Of a stretch of 64,000 bases of DNA, positions 1 to 9,173 are shown one piece after another (position 1 is the first letter of the stretch; each line of letters begins with the position of its first letter). This DNA is from an uncultured Acidobacteriota bacterium (lineage in GTDB: Bacteria; Actinomycetota; Acidimicrobiia; Spongiisociales; ZC4RG35). The position numbers were made by a program, and so were the translations under genes. Where the stretch lies: the NCBI GenBank assembly GCA_963828465.1, contig CAWHEU010000020.1, positions 66,620-130,619 on the forward strand, written 5' to 3'. The notes under the pieces were generated by a model that was given only the letters and a program-made list of their open reading frames with translations, did no database searches and had not been told where the DNA came from.

Positions 1-657
1 CGCCACCCACTTCAGTTGTTGCTTCTCTTCGGCCAAGGCGCGGCGATATCGGACGATCAGCGAGGACACCGAGGCCAGGATCGATATCAGGGTCAAGTAG
101 AACCCGCCTTCGAACACGCGGAGTATCGGGCTTGCCTCTTCGATGGCGAGCGGGTTCTCGATGGGAAGACCCTCGAAAGCTCCCGGGCCGAACAGGACCG
201 CCGAGAACATCAAAGCCATGCCGATCGCCGACATCCAGCCCACCAACCTCCAGCGCGGCGAGGGGAGGCGACCGGTGGGGAACAGAAGTAACAGAAATGT
301 CGCCGACACCCCGAAGCCCAGCTGGAACATGAGATCGCCGAGCCAGACCGCCATCGGGCCAACGGGTAGGGAGCCCGGTTCGGCGACGGCAACCTCGACA
401 TAGGCGACCAGCAACGAGCCGGTGGCGAAGCCAAAGGCGGCGAGCCGGAGAAGCCACCCGATCGTGTTCCCGGGCCGGCGCAGCCCGATGAGGGTCCCAA
501 CGACGCCGGTGGTCACGACGAATAGCACCGTGGCGTAGGCTGTGGCGTCGGACCCAGGGCCCCGCCCGGTGAGAGTCGACAGGAAAATGGCGCCGACTAT
601 CTCGAGCATGATCAAGGCGAAGGTCGCGACCACAGGCCATGAACCGGATCGCTTCAT
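1..657 (-). CDS. Polytopic membrane receptor-like paralog (same family as the 6984-16068 array), truncated by the window edge
   Basis: Manual translation from ATG 657 (ATGA overlap with the upstream stop): MKRSGSWPVV...RRPGNTIGW...LLFPTGRLPSPRWR...ENPL...VRYRRALAEEKQQLKWVA. These motifs are shared with the array genes. Absent from the ORF track because no stop lies in the window. Confidence 0.85.
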   Translation of the reverse strand, partial: MKRSGSWPVVATFALIMLEIVGAIFLSTLTGRGPGSDATAYATVLFVVTTGVVGTLIGLRRPGNTIGWLLRLAAFGFATGSLLVAYVEVAVAEPGSLPVGPMAVWLGDLMFQLGFGVSATFLLLLFPTGRLPSPRWRLVGWMSAIGMALMFSAVLFGPGAFEGLPIENPLAIEEASPILRVFEGGFYLTLISILASVSSLIVRYRRALAEEKQQLKWVA

Positions 658-1124
658 GGTCGCATCGGCCGTTCATCGCGGACGGTGTTTTCGCCGTGAT
701 TTCGACCCACCATCGTCAAGACGATCAGGATCACGGGCAGGACGATATTCGCGATCACAACGCCTGTCGTCAGCCCGACGCCCGATCCGGTCCGAAGCAG
801 TCTCCACGTGATGGGTTCCGCAAGCATCCCGACTAGAAAACCCGCGGCGAGCACTGCCAGGGCAACCAACCCGACGTCAGCATGTCCGCGTTCCCTGTGA
901 AGCACCACGTTTGCCGCTACCAGGGCGATCAGTAGGACAAGAGGTGCGGACAGGGCGGTGCCCAGGCCGAAGACAAAGCTGGGCAGCGGGGCCATGCCTA
1001 GGTCCCAGCCGAAGGGACGGCCGGCCATACCCTCCTGCACCGCCACCCAGGTGCCCAGTGCCGCCGTACCGATGTAGAGCCCCGACACCGTTGTGATCGC
1101 CAACAGCCGACCGCTGACGTTCAC
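654..1124 (-). CDS. Hypothetical membrane protein (~4 TM)
   Basis: 156 aa hydrophobic ORF with GTG start after GGAG; tight spacing to both neighbours. Confidence 0.7.
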   Translation of the reverse strand: MNVSGRLLAITTVSGLYIGTAALGTWVAVQEGMAGRPFGWDLGMAPLPSFVFGLGTALSAPLVLLIALVAANVVLHRERGHADVGLVALAVLAAGFLVGMLAEPITWRLLRTGSGVGLTTGVVIANIVLPVILIVLTMVGRNHGENTVRDERPMRP

Positions 1125-1134
1125 ACTCCCGCTG

Positions 1135-1818
1135 CTACCGATCTTGACGTAGGAGTGTGCGCAGGGCCGAGTTCTTGTAGATATTGGAGAACTGATTCCA
1201 CTGTCGCTTCTTGTCGACCAGCTGCACGCTGGTCTCGACGACGGGCGTCACGATCCCGAAGTGCGCCGCTACCTGGGTCAGCGTGTGGGTCCAGATCCTG
1301 TCCTCCAGCCGTGAGGTGTAGAGCTTGAAGCTCGCCTCGTAGAGGGGGTCGTTGGCGCGCACCAAGAGATGGATTCGGGTCACGGTCACTCCGTCATCCG
1401 CCTCATGGGCGCTGAATGTGATAATGGCCGCCCACGGATGGCCCTCTGGCGTCATGTATGACCAGGATCGATCGTCGGCGTAGATGACCCGGACGCCCGT
1501 CGTGATCTTGGCCGGCCCCTTACCCCCTCCGATAACAGCCACCTCACCGGGGGCGATGCCGCCTACCGGGGCGTAGAACTTGTTGTCGGGGTGCCAGAAC
1601 TCGCCGAAGTTGGCCTTCCACGTGGCGATGACCTCTTCCGGTGTCGGGCCCGGGATGCGCACCTCATAGGTCTTCTGCCACAGCTGGCCGAAGCCCTGCA
1701 GCGGGCCGGTGGGCTTGCGACCCTCCACGTTGCCCTTGCGTGCACCCTCGGCGACTTCCCCGACGTGGAAAGCATCCACCGGCTGTGCCCAATTCTCAGT
1801 ATCCCTCGGCTCGGTCAA
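1135..1818 (-). CDS. Conserved hypothetical protein, possibly SRPBCC/DUF1990-like fold
   Basis: TTG start at 1818 after a GAAAGGA RBS; protein-like composition (GPLQGFGQLWQKTY...MTPEGHP...RANDPLYE). The fold assignment is inference. Confidence 0.7.
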   Translation of the reverse strand: MTEPRDTENWAQPVDAFHVGEVAEGARKGNVEGRKPTGPLQGFGQLWQKTYEVRIPGPTPEEVIATWKANFGEFWHPDNKFYAPVGGIAPGEVAVIGGGKGPAKITTGVRVIYADDRSWSYMTPEGHPWAAIITFSAHEADDGVTVTRIHLLVRANDPLYEASFKLYTSRLEDRIWTHTLTQVAAHFGIVTPVVETSVQLVDKKRQWNQFSNIYKNSALRTLLRQDR

Positions 1819-1843
1819 CTCGGTCCTTTCTCCGATGCCACCC

Positions 1844-1876
1844 ACTAGACCACAGAGGCGTTCCGCCATCGTTACG
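1844..1876 (-). promoter_or_regulatory. Heptamer direct-repeat promoter (CGTAACG-atgg-CGGAACG-N9-TCTAGT)
   Basis: Same geometry as five other sites; the -10 here is weak. Confidence 0.6.
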
Positions 1877-1903
1877 GGCGACTTCGTCCCGGCTCGAGTA
1901 GCT

Positions 1904-1936
1904 GGTGACCATGTCGTAACGCTCCTCGGGCACAAT
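1904..1936 (+). promoter_or_regulatory. Heptamer direct-repeat promoter (GGTGACC-atgt-CGTAACG-N9-CACAAT)
   Basis: 11-bp period repeat followed after 9 nt by a -10-like hexamer, upstream of the oxidoreductase. Confidence 0.65.
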
Positions 1937-1945
1937 CATGGGCAT

Positions 1946-3340
1946 ATGGTCGAATATGACGCAGTCGTCGTCGGCTCCGGCCCCAACGGGCTCTCCGCCG
2001 CCGCGGAGCTGTCACGACGCGGGCGAAGGGTGCTGGTAGTCGAGCAGGCCGACGAGATTGGTGGTGGGACCAGGACCGAGGAATTGACCCTTCCCGGGTT
2101 CGCCCATGACATCTGTTCGGCGATCCATCCCCTCGGTGTCGCCTCGCCATTCTTCCGCGACCTCGGGCTCGAGGTGGAGTGGGTGCATCCCGCCGTCCCC
2201 CTCGCCCACCCGCTCGGCGAAGGCCGAGCCGGAGTCGTTTTTCGAGACGTCGACGCCACTGCCGATCGATTCGGCCCAGACGCCCGCCACTACACGCGAA
2301 TCTTCGGGCCGCTGGTCGAGGCGGCAGATGCGGTGATGGAGGACTTCCTGGGACCAATGACCCTGGTCCCCGACAACCCGGGGAGCTTCGTCAAGCTGGC
2401 CACTCGGGGCGCCCTACCGGCTTCGATCATTGCCTCAGGGTTCTCCTCGGAGGAGGCCCGCGGCGTCCTCGCCGGTCTGGCCGCCCACGCCATCGCCCCG
2501 TTCAGCTCTCCCCTCACCGGAGGCGTGGCACTGCTCTTCGGGGTCGCTGCCCACGCATATGGCTGGCCGATGGCCCGCGGTGGATCACAACGAATCGCCG
2601 AGGCACTCGCCAAGATCATCCTCGACGGAGGCGGCAGCATCGAGACAGGCCGCATGATCGGCTCCATCGACGAACTTCCCAGCAACGACGCGGTCATTCT
2701 GGACGTGATGCCTCGTGCCGCCGTACGAATCGGCGGCGGCCGGGTCAGCCCTCGCGAGCGCCGCCGGATGACGGGTTTGAAGGTCGGGCCGGCTGTGTTC
2801 AAAGTCGACTGGGCCTTGGACGGCCCGATCCCGTGGGCAGACGAGTGGAGTCCCCAGGCCGGGACCGTCCATGTCGGCGGGACCTGGGAGCAGGTCGCCG
2901 AAGCAGAGGACCAGGTTCACGCCGGGAATCATCCAGAGCGACCGCTGGTCCTGGTCGCCCAACAGTCCAGGTTCGACCCCACCCGGGCGCCGGAGGGGAA
3001 ACACACTGCCTGGGGCTACTGCCACGTCCCTTCGGGATCCGATGTCGACATGACCGAGGCGATCGAGACGCAGATGGAGCGTTTCGCCCCTGGCTTCAGG
3101 GACCTGATCCTCGAGCGGCACACCATGAACGCCGGCCAGTTCGAAGCGCACAACCCCAACTACATCCGGGGCGACATCGCCGGGGGCGGGTTCGGAGTGA
3201 AGAAGGTCTTCCAGCTCGGTGCGACGGCCCCGTATCGGATCGGCGACGGTCTTTTCCTGTGCTCGTCAGCCACCCCACCCGGAGCAGGGGTGCACGGTAT
3301 GTGTGGCTACTACGCCGCCCGGGCCGCCCTCAAGGGCTAG
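1946..3340 (+). CDS. Phytoene desaturase-family FAD/NAD(P)-dependent oxidoreductase
   Basis: YDAVVVGSGPNGL dinucleotide-binding motif, GFAHDICSAIHP, C-terminal CSSATPPGAGVHGMCG; start at ATG 1946. Confidence 0.9.
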   Translation: MVEYDAVVVGSGPNGLSAAAELSRRGRRVLVVEQADEIGGGTRTEELTLPGFAHDICSAIHPLGVASPFFRDLGLEVEWVHPAVPLAHPLGEGRAGVVFRDVDATADRFGPDARHYTRIFGPLVEAADAVMEDFLGPMTLVPDNPGSFVKLATRGALPASIIASGFSSEEARGVLAGLAAHAIAPFSSPLTGGVALLFGVAAHAYGWPMARGGSQRIAEALAKIILDGGGSIETGRMIGSIDELPSNDAVILDVMPRAAVRIGGGRVSPRERRRMTGLKVGPAVFKVDWALDGPIPWADEWSPQAGTVHVGGTWEQVAEAEDQVHAGNHPERPLVLVAQQSRFDPTRAPEGKHTAWGYCHVPSGSDVDMTEAIETQMERFAPGFRDLILERHTMNAGQFEAHNPNYIRGDIAGGGFGVKKVFQLGATAPYRIGDGLFLCSSATPPGAGVHGMCGYYAARAALKG

Positions 3341-4553
3341 ACGGGGCAGGTGCTTCCTCCACACCTCGCACCCACATGCCAATGGAATCGGGCTGCATGG
3401 TCGACGAGACCACATCGACCCAGCCGGTCGTCACCTCTTCAGGGTCGACTTGGTCCCGGAGGGAAAAAGCGAAGCCGTCCATCACCCGCTGGGCGTCATA
3501 GCGCTGGCGATTGAACCGGCGGTCCACCCCACCCTGGACCCTCCTCCGGAGCGGATTGAACAGGGCAGCCACGACCAGCGTCGAGCCGGCCACTGCAAGG
3601 TCCGATGACTCGGTCGGCAGCAGAGATGACATCAAGGCGACCACACCGAGGAACGCTCCTGCCAACACCCCGACCACCAGGGCATAAGAAACCGTCCGGG
3701 ACACGATCCGGTCGATCTCATAGAGCCGGTAGCGGAGGACGGCCACGCCGAACGAGAGTGGAAACAGAATCATCATCACGTAAGCGGGGCTCCAAGCATC
3801 ATCACCCGGATCACCTGCGCCGATACCGATCGAGATGAAGATGTACATGAAGGTGCCGACCACCGCCGTGGTCAAGAGGACGAAGGCGAAAACCACCCAG
3901 GTGAACTGAGCCCGCTCCGCGCCGACGGCGCGGCGCCTCTTGATCACAAGCGACACGGCCCCGCCGAGCAGAATGGCCACGATGCCGAGGAGGGCGACAT
4001 AACCGAGCCACTCGGGGAGAAAGCCGATTGGGTTGACCGTCTCGGTCGACGATTCGGCACCGCCCAGGGTCTCGGTGAGGGCGGTGGCGATCAGCAGGAT
4101 CGGGAGCATCCTGACAGCCGCACGTCCTGCCCTGGCCCATAGACCGCTGCCCGCGGGCAGATGCCCGGAGGGAAAGGTCAAGGTCAGGACGGCGAACAGG
4201 CAAAACACCAGAGCCCAACCCCAGCTCGACACCCAGGCGGCGAGCACAGGGGAAACACCCGGCAGACCAATGAGCCCGTCGGCCCACAACACGGCCAAAC
4301 CAATGAGGATCAGCAGCCAGCCGGTGGGGTGGCCGTCCCGACGTATGACGATCAGACCGCCGATCGCCGCATAGATCACAAAGCCGAAGGCGACGAGGAC
4401 GTCGTCGGCGAGGGCACGATCTCCCAGTGTCAACTGAACGCCGGAGAGCCCAAGCCCGGCCGCGATGAGCAGGCCAAGCAGGGCCCAGCGAGCAAAACGA
4501 TTGGGTCGAGCCGATGTCTCCGTCGACTCTGTCACGGGTTCCACCACGGCCAT
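3330..4553 (-). CDS. Polytopic membrane receptor-like paralog ending in a GAF N-terminal fragment (solo copy)
   Basis: RYRLYEIDRIVSRTVSY...AALFNPLRRRVQ...VDRRFNRQRYDA...GWVDVVSSTMQP...MWVR. The real start may be GTG 4547 or 4544 (leaderless). Confidence 0.85.
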   Translation of the reverse strand: MAVVEPVTESTETSARPNRFARWALLGLLIAAGLGLSGVQLTLGDRALADDVLVAFGFVIYAAIGGLIVIRRDGHPTGWLLILIGLAVLWADGLIGLPGVSPVLAAWVSSWGWALVFCLFAVLTLTFPSGHLPAGSGLWARAGRAAVRMLPILLIATALTETLGGAESSTETVNPIGFLPEWLGYVALLGIVAILLGGAVSLVIKRRRAVGAERAQFTWVVFAFVLLTTAVVGTFMYIFISIGIGAGDPGDDAWSPAYVMMILFPLSFGVAVLRYRLYEIDRIVSRTVSYALVVGVLAGAFLGVVALMSSLLPTESSDLAVAGSTLVVAALFNPLRRRVQGGVDRRFNRQRYDAQRVMDGFAFSLRDQVDPEEVTTGWVDVVSSTMQPDSIGMWVRGVEEAPAPSSP

Positions 4554-4584
4554 TCTGCCCGGGAGCCGTTACGAAAGCGGTACA
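4552..4584 (-). promoter_or_regulatory. Heptamer direct-repeat promoter (TGTACCG-cttt-CGTAACG-N9-CAGAAT)
   Basis: Conserved repeat spacing and -10 position. Confidence 0.7.
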
Positions 4585-4677
4585 GAGTCGCGATCAGAGA
4601 CGAGCACTCATACGCCCAACCCCGAAGCTGAGACGATTCGACCCGGATATGGGCCGGAGAACCTGAGGTTCGCCGAA

Positions 4678-5028
4678 TTAAACGGCGGCCAGGGCCGACG
4701 ACTCGTCGTCGAAGATCTCGATCGCCTCGTCGAGACGAGTGAGCGAGAAGATCTGGGTGTAGTGATCAGTCAGGCCGTAGGCCATGAGTCGATGGCCACT
4801 GCGCTGAGCGCGGATCAGCGTGGTGACCAGGAGGCCAATGCCTCCACTGTTCATGTAATCGAGACCCTCGAAATTGAGTACGACTGCGGCGACCCCGCCC
4901 TGCGAGGCCTCGTCGTGTGCGGCCGAGATCTCCTTCTCGGAGAACCCGGTGATCTCACCGGTGATGTCGATGACTCTGACCGTCGGAGTCGCCTCCCTCA
5001 CGGTCATCGTCACATTGGCTGTTGGCAT
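4678..5028 (-). CDS. STAS-domain anti-anti-sigma factor (RsbV/SpoIIAA-like)
   Basis: LNFEGLDYMNSGGIGLLV with the phosphorylatable Ser, IFSLTRL; GGAGG RBS before ATG 5028. Confidence 0.9.
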   Translation of the reverse strand: MPTANVTMTVREATPTVRVIDITGEITGFSEKEISAAHDEASQGGVAAVVLNFEGLDYMNSGGIGLLVTTLIRAQRSGHRLMAYGLTDHYTQIFSLTRLDEAIEIFDDESSALAAV

Positions 5029-5042
5029 TTTCCTCCCTCTCC

Positions 5043-5384
5043 TCACCCGGCCGCTACTGCGGCCGTCTCATCGTCATAGATAGTCATGAAATCGGACAGA
5101 CGGGTGATGTTGAACACCTCCCGATAGTGCTCGGTCAGACCGAAAGCGCCGACCTCACGGTCCTCCGCCCGGGCCATGGCCAGCACCCCGACGATGACCG
5201 CGATCCCGGTGGAATTGATGTAGTCCACCCCCCGGAAGTCCATCAGGATCCGCCCGGGATGGGCGGCCGCTTCCTCGTAGGCCGTCTCCAGGTCCTGCTT
5301 GGCTGCCCGGTTCACGGTCCCGCTCATGACCACCACCGAACCCTCGTCGGTCCTGGCCACCGTTGCCTCGAACACGCTCTCCAT
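5043..5384 (-). CDS. STAS-domain anti-anti-sigma factor (RsbV/SpoIIAA-like)
   Basis: MDFRGVDYINSTGIAVIV, VFNITRL. Confidence 0.9.
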   Translation of the reverse strand: MESVFEATVARTDEGSVVVMSGTVNRAAKQDLETAYEEAAAHPGRILMDFRGVDYINSTGIAVIVGVLAMARAEDREVGAFGLTEHYREVFNITRLSDFMTIYDDETAAVAAG

Positions 5385-6973
5385 CAGGAAGCTCCTTCCC
5401 TGTTCATCACGAGCTCAATCGTGTGGGTTGCACCGTCACTGGTCGAGCGCACCTCGTCGACCATCTTCTCGATCAGGAACAGACCCCATCCACGAGGGGT
5501 TTGCTGTCCGGCGAGCTTGGCGTCGAGGTCGGGCACTGTGGCCTCCGGGATCAACCGGTCGCCACCCTGATCGCTGACCAGGACACTGACCGATTCGTCG
5601 TTGGCACAAACCTGGACATCTACGTCGAGCTCGGAGCGATTCTCGTTTCCATGCTCGATGGCGTTCATCACGGTTTCGCCAACCGCGGTCTTGAGCCGCT
5701 CGAGCCGTGCCGGCTCTAGACCGAGCTCGTCGACTGCCGCCGTCACCTTGGCGATGGCGATGCGCTCATTTCCCTCTTCGCTGGGTATGGCGAACTTCGC
5801 CAGGACCTGCCGCCGGTCCTCGAATGTCTCTGCAGAAGTCTGAGCCGAGGAGGTCCGCTTCACGACGACGAGCGTGATGTCGTCTTCCTGCTCGGCGCCC
5901 TCACCGGTGAAGGCCTCCAGTTCGGTGACCACGGCGTTGAGGACGTCGTCGTTGATCGGCCTCCGGGCAACGCGGTCCATGAGCCGGGCAAACCCGTACA
6001 TCTCACCTTCGGCGTTGTGGGCCTCGGTGATCCCGTCACTGGTCAGGACCATCACCTCGCCCGGCGACATCTCATACTTGGTCTCGTCGTAACCCATCCC
6101 GGGCATGAGCCCGAGGGGCATGCCGGTGGCCCTCAACTCGAGGACCCCGCCATCGTGCCTCACATAGGGCAGGTTGTGGCCGGCGTTGGCGAACACCACC
6201 TTCCCGGCCTCGGTATCGATGATTGCGTAGAGACAGGTCACGAACATGGCCGGCGGGATCTCCGGCACCAGGCCATCGTTGACATCGGCCAGGACTGCCG
6301 ACGGAGAGGTGTGACGCTGGGCTGCGGCCCGCAACATCGATCGACAGGTGGCCATCACCAGTGCGGCGGGCACGCCCTTGTCGGTGACGTCCCCGATGAC
6401 CACACCGAGCCGACCATCTTCGAGCGCGATGAAGTCGTAGAAGTCGCCGCCAACTGCCCGCGCCGGGCGATAGAAAGCGTCGACCTGCCAGCCGGCGATC
6501 GCCGGCAATTCCTTGGGGAGGAGGGTCTGTTGGATCAGGGCCGCGACCTGGAGCTCCTGGTGGATGCGTTCCCGCTCCTTGGCCTCGGCCTGCTGCTCGC
6601 GGACGAGTTGGGCCACCTTCATGGCCGGAGCCACCTGCGAGGCGAGGCTGCCGAGAAGCCTGCGGTCGTCGGTCGAATAGGGCTGGTCGGAGAGCCGGGG
6701 GCCGAGGTAGAGGGCGCCGAGAAGCTCCCCCTGGCCGATGAGGGGCACGATGAGCTCCACACCGGCTTCTCTGAGCGTGTCCACCGTCTCCGACTCCAGT
6801 TCGAGGTCGCGCAACACGACAGGCCCGCCCGAGGTCAGGAGAAGCGTCTCCAACGGATCGCCTAGCGGAATAGGGATGGCCTCGATCAGCCGGGTCTTCG
6901 ACTCCGGGATCTGTGTTTCGTCTCCGACAGGTGTCTCTTCTTCGGCTCTGCGCCGTCTCATCAGCTGAACCAT
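5384..6973 (-). CDS. Partial GAF + SpoIIE/PP2C phosphatase + RsbW-like HATPase kinase fusion
   Basis: VPLIGQGELLGALYLGPR...YSTDDRRLL..LASQ (GAF C-half); coiled-coil ELQVAALIQQTLLP; PP2C motifs VGGDFYD, GDVTDKG, SDGITE, EDDIT; kinase ETVMNAIEHGN, RGWGLFLI. Start at ATG 6973; the longer ORF to 7840 is an off-frame extension. Confidence 0.9.
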   Translation of the reverse strand: MVQLMRRRRAEEETPVGDETQIPESKTRLIEAIPIPLGDPLETLLLTSGGPVVLRDLELESETVDTLREAGVELIVPLIGQGELLGALYLGPRLSDQPYSTDDRRLLGSLASQVAPAMKVAQLVREQQAEAKERERIHQELQVAALIQQTLLPKELPAIAGWQVDAFYRPARAVGGDFYDFIALEDGRLGVVIGDVTDKGVPAALVMATCRSMLRAAAQRHTSPSAVLADVNDGLVPEIPPAMFVTCLYAIIDTEAGKVVFANAGHNLPYVRHDGGVLELRATGMPLGLMPGMGYDETKYEMSPGEVMVLTSDGITEAHNAEGEMYGFARLMDRVARRPINDDVLNAVVTELEAFTGEGAEQEDDITLVVVKRTSSAQTSAETFEDRRQVLAKFAIPSEEGNERIAIAKVTAAVDELGLEPARLERLKTAVGETVMNAIEHGNENRSELDVDVQVCANDESVSVLVSDQGGDRLIPEATVPDLDAKLAGQQTPRGWGLFLIEKMVDEVRSTSDGATHTIELVMNREGAS

Positions 6974-6980
6974 GGCCCCA

Positions 6981-7013
6981 TTTCTATCTCTCCATCGTCC
7001 CGAAATCGTTACG
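6981..7013 (-). promoter_or_regulatory. Heptamer direct-repeat promoter embedded in the 3' end of the last array gene (CGTAACG-attt-CGGGACG-N9-TAGAAA)
   Basis: Same geometry; lies immediately upstream of the phosphatase ATG. Confidence 0.65.
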
Positions 7014-8136
7014 AATCCACACCGAGATCGATGTCGGGTGCATCGTTTCCGAAACGACATCGACCCAGCCCGTCCACGACCGTGTCCGGGTCGACGTCCT
7101 GCCGCAGTGATCCCGAGAAACGTTCCATCACCTGTTGCGCGTCGTAGCGCGATCGGTTGAAACGTCTCTCCACCCCCGCCTGAACCCGTCTTCGCAAAGG
7201 ATTGAAGAGGGCGGCAACGGCAAGAGTAGAAGCCGCCACGGACAACGAGGAGTCCGAGGGGAGGAAATTGGTCATCGCGGTCAGTCCGAGCAGATAGACC
7301 CCGGCAAGGAGGCCGATCACGATGACGTAAGACACGGTCCGGGACAGGATCCGGTCGATGTCGTAGAGGCGATATCGCAAGACGGCAAAGAGGATCGAGA
7401 CCGGAATCGCCGCTATGCCGATCGATACCACCCACCAGACGGCTTCGTTCGAGTCGTCTGACATCGCCCCGGCCACATAGGCGACGGCAAGGAGGCTCGT
7501 TGCGGCGAGCAGCCACTTGATCTGCTGCCGCTCGACCGACTCGGCCTTCCGATAACGAGCGACGACCGACAACGTCGCCGGGATGACGGAGACGAACCCA
7601 AGGATGAACCCGGCGTCCACCAGTGGATACCAGCGGGTGGCGCTGACGAGCTGGTCGTCCACCAGTGTCTCCAACGGGAGCCCCCAGAAAAGGACTGCGC
7701 CGATCATGGTCGACACTGCGCCGATCATGGGTCCGAGGCCGATCACACGCCACCATCCGACCGGCTTTCCGGTGGGGAAGCAGAGAATCAGCAGCGACAC
7801 CCCAATGAGGAACAAGGCGCCGGTCCACGAACCGAGCCAACCGAAGAAGTAGGCCAAAGGCAGGGGGTCGCCTGATTCGATGGCGAGCGTTGCGTAACCC
7901 CTACCGAACAGATAGAGGACCCACGCCGAACCTGCGAGAAGCGAAAGCAGGCCGACCGAGTTCGACGGCACTTTCACGGTGAGAATCGCACCGACGACCA
8001 CTGAGCAGACCGAGGCGAAAAGCACCCCGAGCGACGCGTCGATCTTGCCCGCAAATATCAGCCAGGCGACTGCGGCGGCCACCATGAGCACAGCCCAAAT
8101 GGCGATCATCGCCTTGAAACTCATCGTGTCCCTCAT
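6984..8136 (-). CDS. Array paralog H (8th); +1 G frameshift near 7071
   Basis: Family motifs. Removing one G from GACGGGCTGG restores DGWVDVVSETMHPTSISVWIRNDFGTMER* (stop 6984). ATGA overlap with paralog G. Confidence 0.85.
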
Positions 8137-9173
8137 CCCTGGCGCACCCATACCCCGGCCACAGTGGGCTGCATCGTCTGTGCGACGACCCCGACCCAAC
8201 CTTCGATCACCCGAACCGGATCCACCTGGTCACGCAATGAATCGGAGAAGCCGTCCATGACCTTCTGGGCGTCGTAGCGAGACCGATTGAACCGGCGATC
8301 GACCCGGCTCTGGACCCGTTTCCTGAGCGGATTGAACAACGCGGCCACGGCGAGCGTGGACGCGGCGATCACCAGATCGCTGTCAGTCTCGAGCAGCGAT
8401 CCAGCGGCTGTCACCACGCCGATGAATAGCGCGGCGAGTAGACCGACCACCAACAGGTAGCTGACGGTTCTGGAGACCAGCCGGTCGATCTCGTAGAGGC
8501 GAAACCGGGTGATCGCAACGGCGATCGACACCGGCACTCCGATGGTGATGATCATCGTTATCAGAGTGGTGAGCGTTTGGGCAGGGGCGGTATCCCCGAA
8601 GGCCACGCTGACAAGGATCAGCGAAACCACACCCAGAACCAATAACAGGACCGGTCCGGCGATCTGACGGCGGACCAATGGGGAGCCCTTGATCAACCGG
8701 TAGACGAGAGGCAGAAGGCCGAGAACCAGAATGACCGTGATGAAGCTGCCCGCCAAGACGCTGAAGACAATTACGGCGGCGGCGTGAGCCCAGGGCCACC
8801 ATGACCGGCTGTACCGCCCATCGGGGAAGAGCGTCAGCGACGAGAACAGGGCGAGCAACCCCGCATCGAAGACGATCTCGGACGGTGTGACCAGGCCGGG
8901 CACGTCGAGAGTCTCGGCTATCTCCTGGAGGGCGACTCCAGCCCCCACCAGCAGCGGGCCGATTATGAAGAGCCAGCCCACCGCATTCGCCGGGATCCGC
9001 CGAGCGAGGAACACCCCGACGGTCGGGAACGCGAAGAAAGACAAAGCCCACAGCTTGTCGAGTGGGCCGGTGACTTCATCCGACCCGCGGTCGAACCAAA
9101 ATGCCATAGCCCAGGCGACAATGGCCAGGATCAGGAGCGCCCACGGCAAGATCGCGACGAGCCTGGCCTTCAT
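8133..9173 (-). CDS. Array paralog G (7th)
   Basis: Start MKARLVAIL at ATG 9173 overlapping the stop of F; conserved C-terminal block ending TMQPTVAGVWVRQG. Confidence 0.88.
   Translation of the reverse strand: MKARLVAILPWALLILAIVAWAMAFWFDRGSDEVTGPLDKLWALSFFAFPTVGVFLARRIPANAVGWLFIIGPLLVGAGVALQEIAETLDVPGLVTPSEIVFDAGLLALFSSLTLFPDGRYSRSWWPWAHAAAVIVFSVLAGSFITVILVLGLLPLVYRLIKGSPLVRRQIAGPVLLLVLGVVSLILVSVAFGDTAPAQTLTTLITMIITIGVPVSIAVAITRFRLYEIDRLVSRTVSYLLVVGLLAALFIGVVTAAGSLLETDSDLVIAASTLAVAALFNPLRKRVQSRVDRRFNRSRYDAQKVMDGFSDSLRDQVDPVRVIEGWVGVVAQTMQPTVAGVWVRQG

Noticed and set aside
6974-7840. 818-aa version of the phosphatase ORF
   Set aside because: The first ~290 codons are an off-frame Arg/Gly-rich reading of paralog H.
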